From assembly GCA_030704615.1 (NCBI GenBank), contig CM060731.1, positions 39,060,001-39,124,000 on the forward strand: a stretch of DNA of 64,000 nucleotides. Reading direction: 5' to 3'. Within the stretch, counting starts at the first letter, position 1. The number at the start of each line of letters is the position of its first letter. Below the pieces are notes generated by a model, which saw nothing but the letters and a program-made list of their open reading frames with translations, had not been told where the DNA came from and ran no database searches. The stretch is from Takakia lepidozioides (lineage: Eukaryota; Plantae; Bryophyta). The position numbers and the translations under genes are program-made. Positions 31,219 through 44,785 of this stretch are shown one piece after another.

Positions 31219-32779
31219 GGTAGTCCAGTACCTTCACAACACAATTGCAAGCAATTCCATCGCCTTAGTGACCAAATATGCGCCCGATTCTCCGCACAGA
31301 TTTGCGACCTTCATGTTTACACTGAACTCTATCTGAAACCTTCTATCTCTTTCCTTAGCATTATCGATCCCACACGCCCCAAATTTCGTATGCCGTGTGG
31401 TGAAAATCTGTTCCCAATTTCGTCCGTCTATCTTTCCAACCATGCACGCTTTGGCAGGGGAGGAATTATCAGCATTTCATCATCATTCCCTCTATAATAC
31501 AATGCTTGATTTCAGAGGAGACGATGCATGCACCCACACAATCATACACCAACTAGAAAAAACATGCAAGACGAAGACTCTTGACAGTGGAAGGACACAA
31601 AATTGGGCGCTCTCATTTTGTCCTTCAATCCCTCAGGACGTGTTGCTACTCTGGCCCTGTATCTGAGCGTGTTGACAGCTCGCAGGTACAATGCGCGGCC
31701 GAAAACATTGACGAAGATTATCTCCACAGAAGGTCCGCGTCAAATTTCGTCACGGCAAGCAAGCAGAAGGGAAGTACTCTCACCGCCAAACAACTGCTGA
31801 AGCAATCAATGTTAATTTCGACTTGTCAACGAGGCAGCAACAAAATTTGAAGAATTGGCTGTAAACCTGCAGTGTTGATGTAGTCTCTCTCAATTGACAA
31901 CTGTTCCAAGAAATCATCTGTGCCTCGTCAACGGTATAGCAAGCCCAATTGAAGAACTGTACGTGACGACTGATCTGTTTGCTACAGGTGGTGGATCTGG
32001 AAGAGAAGAAAGATTTAGAGGAGAGGTGAGAGCAATCCAGAAGAGCCTACCACTATTTGTTTGTTTACTGCAACCTAGCAACACTGCTTCTAGAATCTAA
32101 ACTAACTCTTGCGAAATCTTGCAAGTTTTCTGTATCATTTCCAACTTGGAGCGTGACATTGCGTGCGAAGGTTGCATGCTAATTAGCGCGATCTGCCTCT
32201 CGCTATCTTCCACATCAGAAGTGGGCTTCCACTTGGCGTACTCTTGGCACTGACAGGTTCAGTGCTGACTGGGTCTTGTGCGGGGTGTATGCAAGCCATG
32301 CACACATGGGCGAATTTCTAAATCACCAGAGTAACTAGGCTAGCACTAGGACCCACAACTTACATCTTCATCAGCTCTACAATGAAGACACACAGACCTT
32401 GGCACAGGCGAGTGGCCTGTGTGCAGAGAGGTTCTTGTGCACTTGGGAAGAGAAGGAAAGGGCCGGGGAACAACGAAGAGAACAAAACCTTCAAATGAAC
32501 AGGCAAGGCATTACATAATACACGGAAAACTCTGACAGTTCTAAAACGGCGATGGGCTCTCTTGCTTTGGCAAAACATACAAGGAAGGTGAGAATAAGGG
32601 GCATGACTCAGCACAACAGACCGTGTAATGTCCTTTGACCACATTTTCTCCATTGACTTCAACATGTTGCAAAGTCTCTCTCTACAAGAGAGCCAACGAA
32701 GAAGGCTGCAAGAGCAAATGTGGTGGATATGCAACAATAGCTTAGTTTAGCTTGCTTCTCTTTCCTCCCTTCTTTGTTC

Positions 32780-33920
32780 CCAGGTTTCGGGGTTTTTCTA
32801 TCCTATACCTCATGCTTCCTGTAAATCAGAGACGTGAAAGATATGGGTCATGAGTGATGCAAGGGAAGCTAGACTCCACAAATATTCAACGAAAAGGGAA
32901 AGCTATTTAAAAGCCAATTATCTGTATCTTTGGCAGAAGGGAATAGATATAGGAGAATCATCCGGGCCTCTCACACCACCAAGACCAGAAAGTTCATCAC
33001 CTATACCTGAAGATTCTAATTTAGATATCACACCTATTTATTCCTTACAAGAGAGATTAAAAGATCAAAAGATATGGTGGAAGAAGAACATCAAGTACTT
33101 AGGGGGGAAGATTTGAAGGGAATCCCTGGATTAAAGATTTGACATAATTTTTTTATCAAAGTTGGCATGGTACACCCACAGCAGGAACACCAATTTCTGA
33201 TACACCAACTAACGACAGGGAGGAGGATGAAGAAGGGCCATCGGAGAGTTCAGTCACTTCAACACCACTTCAGTTGAGTTATATGAGTGAGGAAGAAGAA
33301 ATCCAAGATAAGAACTTGGAAGATGAAAACAAGGAGGAGAACTTGGAAGACGAAGGGTATGAAGACGTAGACCCAACAGTTGACGTTGAGACTACAACCA
33401 GGACATCTCAACCTGTTGGACCTGGACCAAGTGGAGCACTTGGATCACAGGCCAACATAGGTGTCGGCTCAAGGGGATCGGGCGGGCAGCTTGGATCTGG
33501 CTCTCGGGGTAAGGAGTGTGGGAAGTAGTTCAATTGGTGTTGGGTGTACTGCAAATACAGGGGGGGCAATAGCAGGAAGTGCTCAGGGGCAGCACTTGGT
33601 GAAAGTTCAACCACAACCATAGTAGGTCCTCAAGGGCCAACACCTACAGGAGGACCAGCACCTGCAGTAGGGCAAGGAGTAGGCCCACAGATGGCGGCAG
33701 TAGCCCTAACTCGAGCGAAACCACCTTTCCCAATCTATGGAGGGAAATGGAATCCAGATGTACATGTCAATCAGTTTGAGAAAATGTGCATAGTGAACAA
33801 TGAGAATGATGATGATTCAAAGTTAAGACTATTCCCTCGTTCACTTATCAAGAGAGCAAGTGAGTGGTATGCTCGATTTCCTGATGACCATTTCCAAACC
33901 TGGGATACCTTAGCACAACA
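32780..33920 (+). mobile_element. Gypsy-type gag remnant
   Basis: PIYGGKWNPDVHVNQFEKMC...KLRLFPRSLIKRASEWY..FP....TWDTL (Retrotrans_gag-like), preceded by an acidic/G-rich low-complexity region with stops. Confidence 0.75.
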
Positions 33921-34252
33921 TTCCAGAACAGATTTGAGCTGTACAGGATTTCATCAACTGCAACATGTACGAGGACCAATGATCAAAGGTCTGGAGTTTA
34001 CAGTCTGTTGTAGCAAGAATGGAGTACTCGAAATTCCAGTAAGACAAGGACAATGAGATGAGGTCTACGATGTCAAAGATGTGTTGGATGCACAACCACA
34101 AAATAAGATCGCTAATCAAATGGAAGGCAATAAGAAAAAGCTAACTAAAATTGAATCAGTGGTAAATATTCTTCACTGTCAAAGTTTTTGTAAGATGCCT
34201 TCATTGAAGAATCTCAGGACGGACAACCAACTGTACATACTAGCCCCACTGT

Positions 34253-37200
34253 TCAGCTTTCTGAACTTGTATTCTCTTCCATTTTCAACTTCAGGTCCAG
34301 ACGCAGAAAGACAGGCCCATGAATGGTGAGGTTCCATCGTGGAAAGCTGAAGCCTCGTTCAATAAACCAGCCAGAGAAAAAATCAGTGAAAGGGATGCAT
34401 GTTCCAGCAACCTCAGCTGCTTTCAAGTCGAAGGAACCACTTGTTTTTGTGTCATAGTTTTGAGAGCAGTCTCTCTTCATTGCTATTGTATATTCCACGA
34501 ATCTGGAGCTAAAATTACAATCCACGAGTTTCCATACCGAGCCACAGCAAGGGGGTAGAACCAAGTTAATGAAGCACGTAAGTTGCTGGTTATAATTGGT
34601 TTTTACTTGCCCATGGCGAGCTTCCAGGTAGAACGCATATTTTTCCCCAAGGAAGAATGTGCGTGACTGGAAGCTCTGGCCCGTGCAGATGACCAACTCC
34701 AGAGGGAACTCAAAAAACACTTGGCAGCTGTCATCGTTTTGTTTTACTGTAAATGTCTTCGAGTTACCCCAGAAATTTTCTAAAATGGAATTGTTGCGGG
34801 GCCTGTACCGGCTGTGGTTTGTCTTCTTCCAAAGCATCTCCTGCTGGCGGGAGTGTGTGTAACTTTTAAATTTAAGCGCCTCCTGTATTAGGGCCTGGTT
34901 ATTTTCAAAAAAGGTGTCAGTACAGAGATTTCCACGGTCAACCAGTCTGCAAATCTTCATAGGGCCAGGATCTACAAAAAATTTGAACTCTGAGGAAGAC
35001 ATCATCTGGAGGACTTACCTCAAGCGATTTTTCTGCTAGTCGTGGTTGGTGGATCTCTTTCTAAGGCCAGTGTGATTAGCAAACGTATACTTCTTATACA
35101 CCTGTCCATCAGTATTCCTCTGCGAAATGTAACAGGAGTCCAGGTGGAAGGAATGCCTTTCTGGTATAGTGTCAATACCAACTGTTGCTTTCCAATCCAT
35201 TGCAGCCTGGATGCAAGTGCTTCGACAGTCTACTGTACTCCATACCCTGTTTGGCGAGCTTTGGCGGGATAGTAAGCTACAGGACATGGTTATGAAAGTA
35301 AGGCATGCCAACATTCGCAAAAGTGTGCACCACATCAACAAGTACATCTTCTCTTTCTCTGTTGCTCTCTTTCATAGCAACTGCAGGTGTGGTCCGACAA
35401 CCTGGAAACAAGCCCTACCTGGCAGGCCTCACTCTGCATCTGCGGATGCTTCGACACCACGTCGTCGAGAAACTCGCCGACAATCCAAGGGTACCGCACC
35501 ACCTCAGCAATCTCTTCAGCTGCCTGTTGTCTCTCCTTGGGATCCTGATGGTTGCCATCCAGCCACTCGATGAAAATTTTAAATACATCTTCCTCATCTG
35601 AGACCACTAGCGTGTCACTGTCAAGTACCACCTTCACGCCCTCAATAGAGAGGGAAAGGAAATCTTCCTTTTTCAGTGAAATGTCCTGGAACCATATGCA
35701 ACAAAGTCATGAATCGCTCCATAGATTTCAGAGTTCGTGAGCTGAAGCAAATCATCTCCCGCAAACTCTCCATTGTTTTTCCTCTACACCCACCCGCCAG
35801 ACTTCTTACCTTTCAAACCTAGCTCCTTTGGAAGTTTGCAACTCATATTTCTAGTTTGATAACCTGGTGCCTAACTAAACCTACGATGAGTAATTCTGGT
35901 AAGCAAACATACTGGGGCGTTGCAAAACCTTGACCCTCACATGGTTTCATAACTGTGCAGCCAGACTGATGTACACTCTTTTGGTCACCACCGACACTTG
36001 TATTGTTTGAATTAGTCATGCTCTGGGAATAGCAGTACAATTCCACAAACAGCAAAATCTGCATCATCCACCTGAGCAAATGTGTGCGTGCACCATTGGT
36101 CTATGCATGGTGACCATGTAAATCCATAAATCACAGAGGAGGCCCATTAGCTTGTCGACACCCCTTTCTCCCTGCCCCACACCTGGGTATTTTACAGGAC
36201 TTCAGTGGTTTTCTAACAAGACAGGAGCCTAGACATTAACTAATGTCTGCTGGGAGCATGCCTGAAACTGTTGAGCGAGGTAAGTACGGCAATGCTCCAC
36301 AACTGGTTGCACCGCACGGTCTGCCTTCAGGGATTCTGGGAGTCCCAAAACGAGCAGACAGTCATTCAACGTACTTGGAAACCGCTTCAACACTTTGGCC
36401 AGGGGCTCCATACATGAGGATATGGCAAAACGGTCTGCCAAACACAAGAGTGTGACTGTGCCCTCTGCATCAACTGGTTCAGCCAATCGCCCGGTGTACA
36501 TGTAGCGAATAAGCTCCTGGAGTCCCGCTTTCTCTGCAGGATGGACAATCGAATAGTAAACATATGGTTTGATTGATTCCTACATACCTACAAGAGTGGC
36601 TTCAGCCTGCAGGGAAAGAGAGGGAAGACTAAGTGCCTTACAGTGGAGAGAGGCAGAACCAACTACAGAAGAGAGTATAGTGTCCAGCCCGTACTAACCT
36701 ATGATTTTATCTGGCTAGGGTGTAGAACTCAGCATGACACTGGCATGTTGTCCCAGGACAGTTGTTGGTAACATGGATGGCATTGACATCATGGCACTAG
36801 AAAGCACAATGCTAAACCCAACACTGCTGTTTACCCCTTTACCTTAACACATTGAGACACATGGCAGGGATTGTACTGTCAAATACCATAGACGATAAAG
36901 GCGAGAATGTAGCCGTCTAGGTAGGTTAAAGAAGAAGACAAATGAAAACTTTACTATGTCCACAGGAGGGCCAGAGGGAGACCGAGCAGAGCATAAATCA
37001 GGTCTTAAGAGGTCTCAAGACTCGACCTTCCTCAGTGACTTGCACAGTGGCAACCCCAGAATTTGATTCACTCATGCCATTAGAGAAAAGTCTCATGAAG
37101 TAATCGGAGTGGGCAGCAAGTATGACCGAGCTCACATGGATCTTCTCAGTCTCTATTGCTGCTGTCTGATTGTCCCCATGCTCTCGTTTCCTACCTGCCA

Positions 37201-38049
37201 GTGCCTGCATCAACCTCAAATTACTGTAAAAGTCTACTTGCGGTCAAGGTTGTAAATCATATCATCCTAGAAGTAGAGACTCAGAGGATGGGTCTGACAG
37301 AAACATAGTTTATCCACCACATTGTGCGAAATATATCTGCAACAAGTCATGCAACAACTAGTAGCACTGTCACAGGCCACAGCAAAAATCACAGAGACAT
37401 TCCCACTACCTCAAGCAGCAAGACCTTGCTCCCCTTTTATAACAAGGTAATTATGAAGGAGAATCCCAATGTCTGTTATGTACTTTAAAGAGGCGGATCC
37501 CATGATGTCTGGGTACTTCAAACTTTCAGTAAGATGCCAATGCAAGGGTGGATGCTATTTCTTCAAGGGAATGCAATCTCCTTACTATCATCCTTGAGCA
37601 AATGGTAGAGGAGAACGTTTGTCAAACCTCCAGACAGCTGATTATTGTTCCATGCCTTGCAGCAGTGAGACAATTTGATGAGACATTCTGATGTTATATT
37701 AGTGACCAAAGGGTGCTCTATACTCTCTGGAGATTCTCTTCTCCCCAATTGCTGATACAGGAATGTTCCTTATCATCCAAATCAGGTGATTCTAATTGGC
37801 TCCAAATTGTAAGTACACTGTTTTCTTAAGTCTCAAGGGTCAAACGTGCAGAAAGCTGGGCCATAGGCAGGGAGAGGGAGAGATAAAAAGGTAATGCCGC
37901 AGGCATATTGTATTCACAATGCTATGGGCCACAAAACACAGGGGAGACAGTACCTGTAAGGAGTGGTCTTCGGAAGCAGAGGTTACTTCCAAGTGAAGAA
38001 TGCGGTCGGAGAAGAGAGGATTATCCAAGGCAAACTCAAAATTGACCAT
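34253..38049 (-). CDS. BTB/POZ-BACK protein (POB1/LRB-like), multi-exon; 3' part frameshifted, possibly a pseudogene
   Basis: NFEFALDNPLFSDRILHLEV; IHVSSVILAAHSDYFMRLFSNGMSES; LIRYMYTGRL...LADRFAISSC; VVLDSDTLVVSDEEDVF (BACK); C-terminal FFLG...FYL..VEYTIA. Frames do not join cleanly between 35.0 and 35.4 kb. Confidence 0.78.
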
Positions 38050-41000
38050 GATTCCCTTGACCCTTGGCTACCCCCCCCTCCTCACGCTGCAACGTTCGAA
38101 ACGAGGGGCAGCCAATACCTTGCTTCTTTCCCTAGTCCAAACGGGCCATGTCCTAAGCTACCCTGCGCTCCTTCGCCTCTGTTTCGGACAACGCTGTCAT
38201 CTCCATGACGATCACAAGAGAGACCATAAAGATCACACGCGCTTCTGCTATGTGATTAAGAATCTGTGACACTGACGTCGTAAACACACTCAGAAACACC
38301 ACCTGTGTCCCTAATCCACATGATAGCTTCAAACTGCCCCCACCCCAACGCCCGCTTGCTCAAAACTCAAGTAAAACTTACTGGTACTTCTCTCTTCCCT
38401 GAAACTGCCACTTTGCAATTACAGTGTGTCACTGCGTCTGCACAAAATGCTGCAACATCATCAAACCCAATTCAGTAAACGGCAAGGAAGCATTGTCAGC
38501 GGGAGAGATAGGGGGAACAAAGGAGGAGGGAGGTCCACAACAGCACTACAAGCGCGCACCAGTCCTATCCCACATTCAAAATGCTGTAATGGAAGGAGGA
38601 GGGAACTTGGTGACACGGACCCCTCCCTGCTCCCATAGACATGATATATGCAGGAAGGAGGCTGCAGATCATGATGGCTTCTCTCCTTTTCTTATCTGTT
38701 TTCTGTTTTTCTTCGAAGTCTTGAGAGTGATCATCGTACACCTCACTCTCATAGTTATGAATTGTCAAGTCTCTCCTCAATTCTGATGTATAAACCCCTA
38801 AACATCATCATTGAAGATGTCAAGATCCGAAAAGGCGCTCGAGATGTGCACAATACGAAAGGCATCAAAGAAGACCCAATAACCCTACGACCCATGAAAG
38901 ACAAACCATGGACTTACATTGAAAAGAGCCCTTAACATTTATCAAAGAACTCACCAAATTGGCGAGCGATCTCTTTTGGCACCATTTGAATGTGCACACT
39001 GAGATAGTTCCACGGAAGAGAAGAAGTGTAAAAACTGTTTTATTGCATTCAAATAAACAGTGAAAAACTAGCATTCCGGCTTGCAATGTCCATGTATCTG
39101 TTTTCCCCCAAACGAGTATTTGTTTCGGGTTGGAAGCCTACATGTAAGTATACAATGCAAGGAACTGCCAGGGAGTCGAAGGATAGGAGGGTGGCAGCAC
39201 AGTGCGGGATAACAAAGATGGACATAGATAGACGTGCAGTCTCGGGACCAGTGACTAGAGAGGGCTGCATCGTGATCGTCAATGACCTAATCTGAAAGGC
39301 TCAACCATCTTAGGCTGCAGCAAGGGCGGCAACCAAGCAGGGGGTTATGAACTTCAATCAATCCAATGCCACTCTTGCTTCTTTTGTGCATTTTTGTCGC
39401 ATTTGTAAGCATAATATGTTCGGACATCCATTCACAGAGTGTCGTTTTAGTTTTGGAATCTGCATCGGAATATGGGTGTGCAACTACACTGGAATCTCGG
39501 CCTTTTGCAAGATGACAAAACTATCTCGCGCCTATGTGTGAGGACAAGGGAAGCCTGTTACGCTTTGTTGGTTTTTGCATTTGCCTTTGCAGACATGAAG
39601 AGAACAACTCTCTGGCAACGCTCATCACTAGTGTTTTCATTCCAGTTTGCAAATCTAACGTTTCAAAGCTAGTTCTCCCAATCCGAACTATGATTCCCAG
39701 GAACCCAACAACAGGCAGATATGTGTAAAATGGGCAAAACAATGCCGGTTGCACCTGCCGCTTAAACTAACACTCCTGCAATGGTTGACCCATGTCAATC
39801 CTCACACAGAATACTCAGATGTCATACACTTCTGGCAGAATATCGAACATACATGCAAGATACTAAACTCGCTCATTCATCCAAAAGCTTTTACTTAGCA
39901 AAAGCTCGGCTTCAGACTTGCATGATGAATCAGATTGCCAGGTACGCTCTCCATCTGCTTAGGTGAACTCTCCTCCTTGGCTGTACTCTTTTGTTGGTTT
40001 TCTTCTCTTCACTCTATATACGGACGATTTTCTCATTCACTATGTAGTACTCTTTCCTTGCAGGGACGACTCATTTAGGACACTTTGCTTACCTGGCTCC
40101 CCCAATAATCTGTCAAGCACTTGACAGCCCAAACAGTGCAGGCACCCTTACCAGCTGAAAACAACGTACACCGTTTATTGGCTAGAGCTACTTCCTGGGT
40201 GTGGGATTGGGGCATTCTCATCTCACCCCCCTCTGATATCATCCTTTGAAATTAAACCCAGTGATAGTAACTACTGATCTGGAGCCCTTGAGCTACTCTG
40301 GGAAGGCATGCATTCAAACATGGGGTTTACCCCTATATTAGCTTCCTGATACACAATGAAACAGCTGATGAAAGGAGCTAGGAGTTTAGTACGAGGAGGT
40401 TGGAAAAAATTGCAGCATCCAGCTTTATGCACCCCACATCCCAGCATGCTTTCATGAAAGTTCTTCGCTCCCTACTGTCCTGGCTCTCACAATCATATTT
40501 TTCCACCTCCGTTAATTGAAGCAGGAAGGGTGCCGTAACATATGTTCTTCTGTGTCCCTAATTGGTGAGCTAATGGTATGTATCATAGTCATCTGCCAGT
40601 ACTGATCAGAGGAAACCATGGGGAAAGCCCTGCAGTAGCCCCACTTCACTAATCTCAAGCAATAGCCTTTGGAGATCGCGATACAACAGATTAGGAAAGC
40701 ACATGTCCCTGACTTACAGGTCTATCCTAGCATACCAGGACACAAGTCACCTATTCAGGAATCAATATGTATGTATGCAAGCACCTCATCACTTTCAACC
40801 TGATCACAACACCATGTGAGGCTCAATTCAGGTACATCCAAAGTAAATTGCGATTGATAGAATGTCTCCTGCAAGTATCCTGGGAGTATAGAACATAATG
40901 GGTGGACTCATCTGATCATAGCCACACACACTTTCCAGGCACAGCTTAGCAAATGTCTAATCTGTAGATATGGGCTCAAGAAACTGAGAATGCTGTGTCA

Positions 41001-41183
41001 AGAGCCTGTCCACATTCCCAGTGAAGGTGAAGAACCATGGCAATCATGGCTCACTTGTTTAGGTTTAACAAACAAAGCCCCAACTCAATAGCTTCCCAAA
41101 AAGAAAATAAATGACAGTGCAAAGTTTTGTTAGTGTTGTTTGGGATTGCAAACACACTTCAAAGAACTACCCCGTCTTCATCT

Positions 41184-42365
41184 TCAGCTGTGTAATGCAT
41201 TATCCCCACCCACACCAGTTGGGGTGTGCGGCGTATCACGAGGGCTCAAAAGGCCTTTAGGATTGTCAACTCCACCTTTCACAGACATGGGGAGGATGTT
41301 GGAACCTTTGCTAATCAACTCATGATCCAGGAAAACAACCACAACAGTTATATCGTCGTGGAAATGCCTTCGAATGCCTCGCTCAATTTTCTTTAAATCG
41401 GTGTACCTCATCTCGCGCTTTTTGGCAGCCTCATGGAGAGCAGCTTTGACAAGCCTTCTTGCTATGCCCGTGCGAGGATGGTTGTGCACAATGTCGACAG
41501 CCTCCTGATTGCTCAAATGCTCCCAGAGGCCATCTGATGCAAAAATTATAAACTGATCCTGTGGTCTAATCATGCGCACATTAATGACAGGGTCTGCACT
41601 CAAAACCGGTCTGCGAAGGGGCTCCGATAGTCGGAACCGAGCAAGCAGCGGCGCCTTGTTAAACTCAGCCTTCTTCAGGTATACGTCGCCAATCGATCGT
41701 GAGACCTGAATAAGGCCCTTAACCCGCCACACTCCATGCTTGAGCACCACGATGTGTGCATCATCAGGGTGCAAGGCGACAAGCTCCTGCCGTACTGCCT
41801 CAAGACTTGCATTGTGCTCTGCAGATATCTGCATTGCTACCATTGACCCAGTCGATCGCGAAAAGCTTCCCAACACAGCTCGGGAGTCGCCCAGGCTGGC
41901 GATATACAGCTTGGAACCCCATATCACTCCCACCAGACAGCACGATCCAACAGTAGCAATCTGTGGCTTTGTCAGCCACGAGTTCCGCACAAGACCTAGA
42001 AACTCTTCCTCTGTCTCCACAAAAGCCTTCCTAAGAACATCGATTGACACACCCTCTTGCTCCATCGCAAACTTCTGCAAGTGCGAATATAGACGCTCGT
42101 TGATGAAACGGGAAGCCTCAGGCCCACCATGCCCATCGTAGATACCCACAAACGTCCCATACGGTCCTGTCTCCACCTGGCTATGATCCTCCAGCAAAGC
42201 GTTGGCCTGCACTAATGCGATCGAAAATTCCCCAAAAGCATGCGGGGTGAGATCCCTGTACCACAACAACGCATCATGACGATCCGCCGCATCCGACCCC
42301 ATGCGCGCATAGCGCTGTACGGGGCGCCAGCACGCCAGCACCATCTTCATCACCCACGCCAGCAT
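41184..42365 (-). CDS. PP2C-D: Protein phosphatase 2C, clade D; intronless
   Basis: 393-aa uninterrupted ORF with [64 protein letters not shown] and [10 protein letters not shown]. Confidence 0.96.
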   Translation of the reverse strand: MLAWVMKMVLACWRPVQRYARMGSDAADRHDALLWYRDLTPHAFGEFSIALVQANALLEDHSQVETGPYGTFVGIYDGHGGPEASRFINERLYSHLQKFAMEQEGVSIDVLRKAFVETEEEFLGLVRNSWLTKPQIATVGSCCLVGVIWGSKLYIASLGDSRAVLGSFSRSTGSMVAMQISAEHNASLEAVRQELVALHPDDAHIVVLKHGVWRVKGLIQVSRSIGDVYLKKAEFNKAPLLARFRLSEPLRRPVLSADPVINVRMIRPQDQFIIFASDGLWEHLSNQEAVDIVHNHPRTGIARRLVKAALHEAAKKREMRYTDLKKIERGIRRHFHDDITVVVVFLDHELISKGSNILPMSVKGGVDNPKGLLSPRDTPHTPTGVGGDNALHS

Positions 42366-44785
42366 CCCTCATCTCAACCTCAAGAGCATTCCTCATCTCC
42401 CCTGCTCTCCATCTCAACACTCCTCAAATCCTCCTTCTCCACCACACTACCGCTCCATCGCCGCCACTCACCCAGCGCTGCTACCCTCCATCACCATCTC
42501 CCCGCACCATATACCTTGTATCTCTCCACCTCCACCAAGATCGCCCGCAGCCCCTCAACTTCACTCCTGCTCCCCGCAATTCCCCGCAGCAGCATAGAAT
42601 TCTCCCATATATCCCGACCACCTTCCCCCGTCCTCCTTCAAGCCATCTCAGACTCCAGATCCTCTCCCCCACACCCTCCCCATGACTTCTTCACCTCCTC
42701 AGAAGCACCCTCGTCCTGCGGGCTCCGCCAGGGTTACAACCTGACGCCATAGCCCCGACCTTCCTTCCTTCCTTCCTTCGCTCCTCAGCAGCGCGAGCAA
42801 GATGATAAGCCTTAACCACACCCCGCCGGGTGCCCGCCTGCCCGCTGCCTGCCCTTACCCCCCAAACCGCCGGGTACCCTTACACGGTTTCCATCACTCT
42901 CTCTCTGTTTACTCGGCTACCGCGAATCCAGTAACCCGTGAAATCGCAGGGTGTCCGCCATCCTTCATCCATCCGCTGGAGCTCGAGAACGGATGTGGAA
43001 CGACTTCATCCATTGATGCGGAACGGGTGAACGGGATGCACCCGTGCCGGGAAGAGCGAACGGTCAACGGACCGGCAAATATAACGCTTACAGTCTAACC
43101 ATCTCATTTTAAAATCTATACTACTACTTAATTTATTTTTATTTAATTTAGTTACTGCTATTATTTCTATTATTAATACAGCATATCAGGGTGCACCGTT
43201 CCGAGTCCCTTTCTGGTTAAATAATAATAACATGATATTAAATTACTCCTATCTGGCATTACTAAAACTTACTAAAAGCGCACCAGAAATATCTGTAATA
43301 CATATTCTTAAATAGTATTCTATACTAGAGTGACTGGCACGTGCCAGCGGAGGAGTGCTGGACAAGCCATAGGTGCATCCGAAGCTGCCATTTTGCACAC
43401 GCGGAGATAGCCTCGGGTGTAGAGCCCCAATATTGAATTATTGTTATTATCAATTCAATGCACAATTCCTGATGGCGACCTTCCACCAGCTTGAGTTTAA
43501 CTAGCGGCCGTTCATTCCGTTAAGTATCCATTAGTTAATGGACTGACAAAAAGTCATAGAGAAGCTTCTAGCCGTCTTCTTCGTCTCTAGGAGTCTGTCG
43601 ACTGCTGCTTCGTGGAAGCATTGCTCTGGCGCAGTCCATCGCGAGGCTGTTGTGCAGAGCAGCACCATGTTCATGACCTCGTTTTGGTGAAGTGCCAGGC
43701 ACTTGCGAGAGAATGGCAGCATGCTGTCTCTCCAGACTGTTTTGGCGCTGTCGAGGTTGGAGGAACTTGCTCCCCACCCCGACAGGTAGTGCTTGGATTC
43801 GTCCTCGGCTTCAGGGATTTTCAGCTGGAAGCAACATAAGTATTGCTCGCTTTTCAGGGTCTCTTTCCAGGTGTTGAAGTCAGACAAGAGATTACATAAC
43901 TGTGAATTGGTCGTCAGTTGTCACCTACATACCTGAGGTTACACATAGAAACTTTTCGTCCGGCCCTCCACTTATTAAAGCTATTGTGCAGTTATTGCAA
44001 TCGACGACAAGCTGCCCATGCAGGTTGGTGATGGGTAGGTAGCTGAGCACTTCACGTACCGGAGCACTTCACCACTTCACGTAGGGCCAAGTCTTCAGTA
44101 CTTACCTATATAGCTGTGATGAACAGCCTTCTGAGAATTTCAAAGTGTTAACTGATTCGAACTTAGCTTATCTTACCAACGAAACATATCAACCTCATGA
44201 AGGTGATTAGTGATTACCGACCATGGTGATATCTAGAGATCAGCATTACGTACCGCATCGACTTCGTTCATTCTACTTTTACATTAACACTATGATCAGT
44301 GGCAACAATAAGTTTGTGGACGATCTCACAACCGAAATTCCTCATCGCCAAACACAGTTCATGCTCGATTTGAAGGCACCAGAGGTCCTTTCGACTGTAA
44401 ATACATACTCTCTTAAGGGAATCTTTAAAATGTTCGCCAGGTAGGTGCCCTTCAGATTGTGACCCATCCAACATGATACGTACGTAATGGGTGGCACACG
44501 CAGCTCACACAAGCAACGTCATACATATGAGCGGAATTGTTCGAAAGGTGCCAGTCAACAGAGATTCTAGAATGATTCTTGACCTTATGCTTGTCTCTCC
44601 TCTCCGCCTCCTCCCTTGCAAATGGGTTGTCAATGCAGTTCGAAAAATGTGGAGGGGGATGCGGTGTGGATGGTCCACACCCTTTGGAGAGGCTCTCAGC
44701 ACAGGGCCAGGATTGCAAGCAGGACAAATTCAAGGCTTGTGAGGCCACCCACAGATGCCTCCATGACGTGCATGGCTAGACAGGC

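Noticed and set aside
43531-43887. 118-aa minus-strand ORF upstream of the PPR genes
   Set aside because: No recognisable domain and a non-ATG start; cannot be supported.
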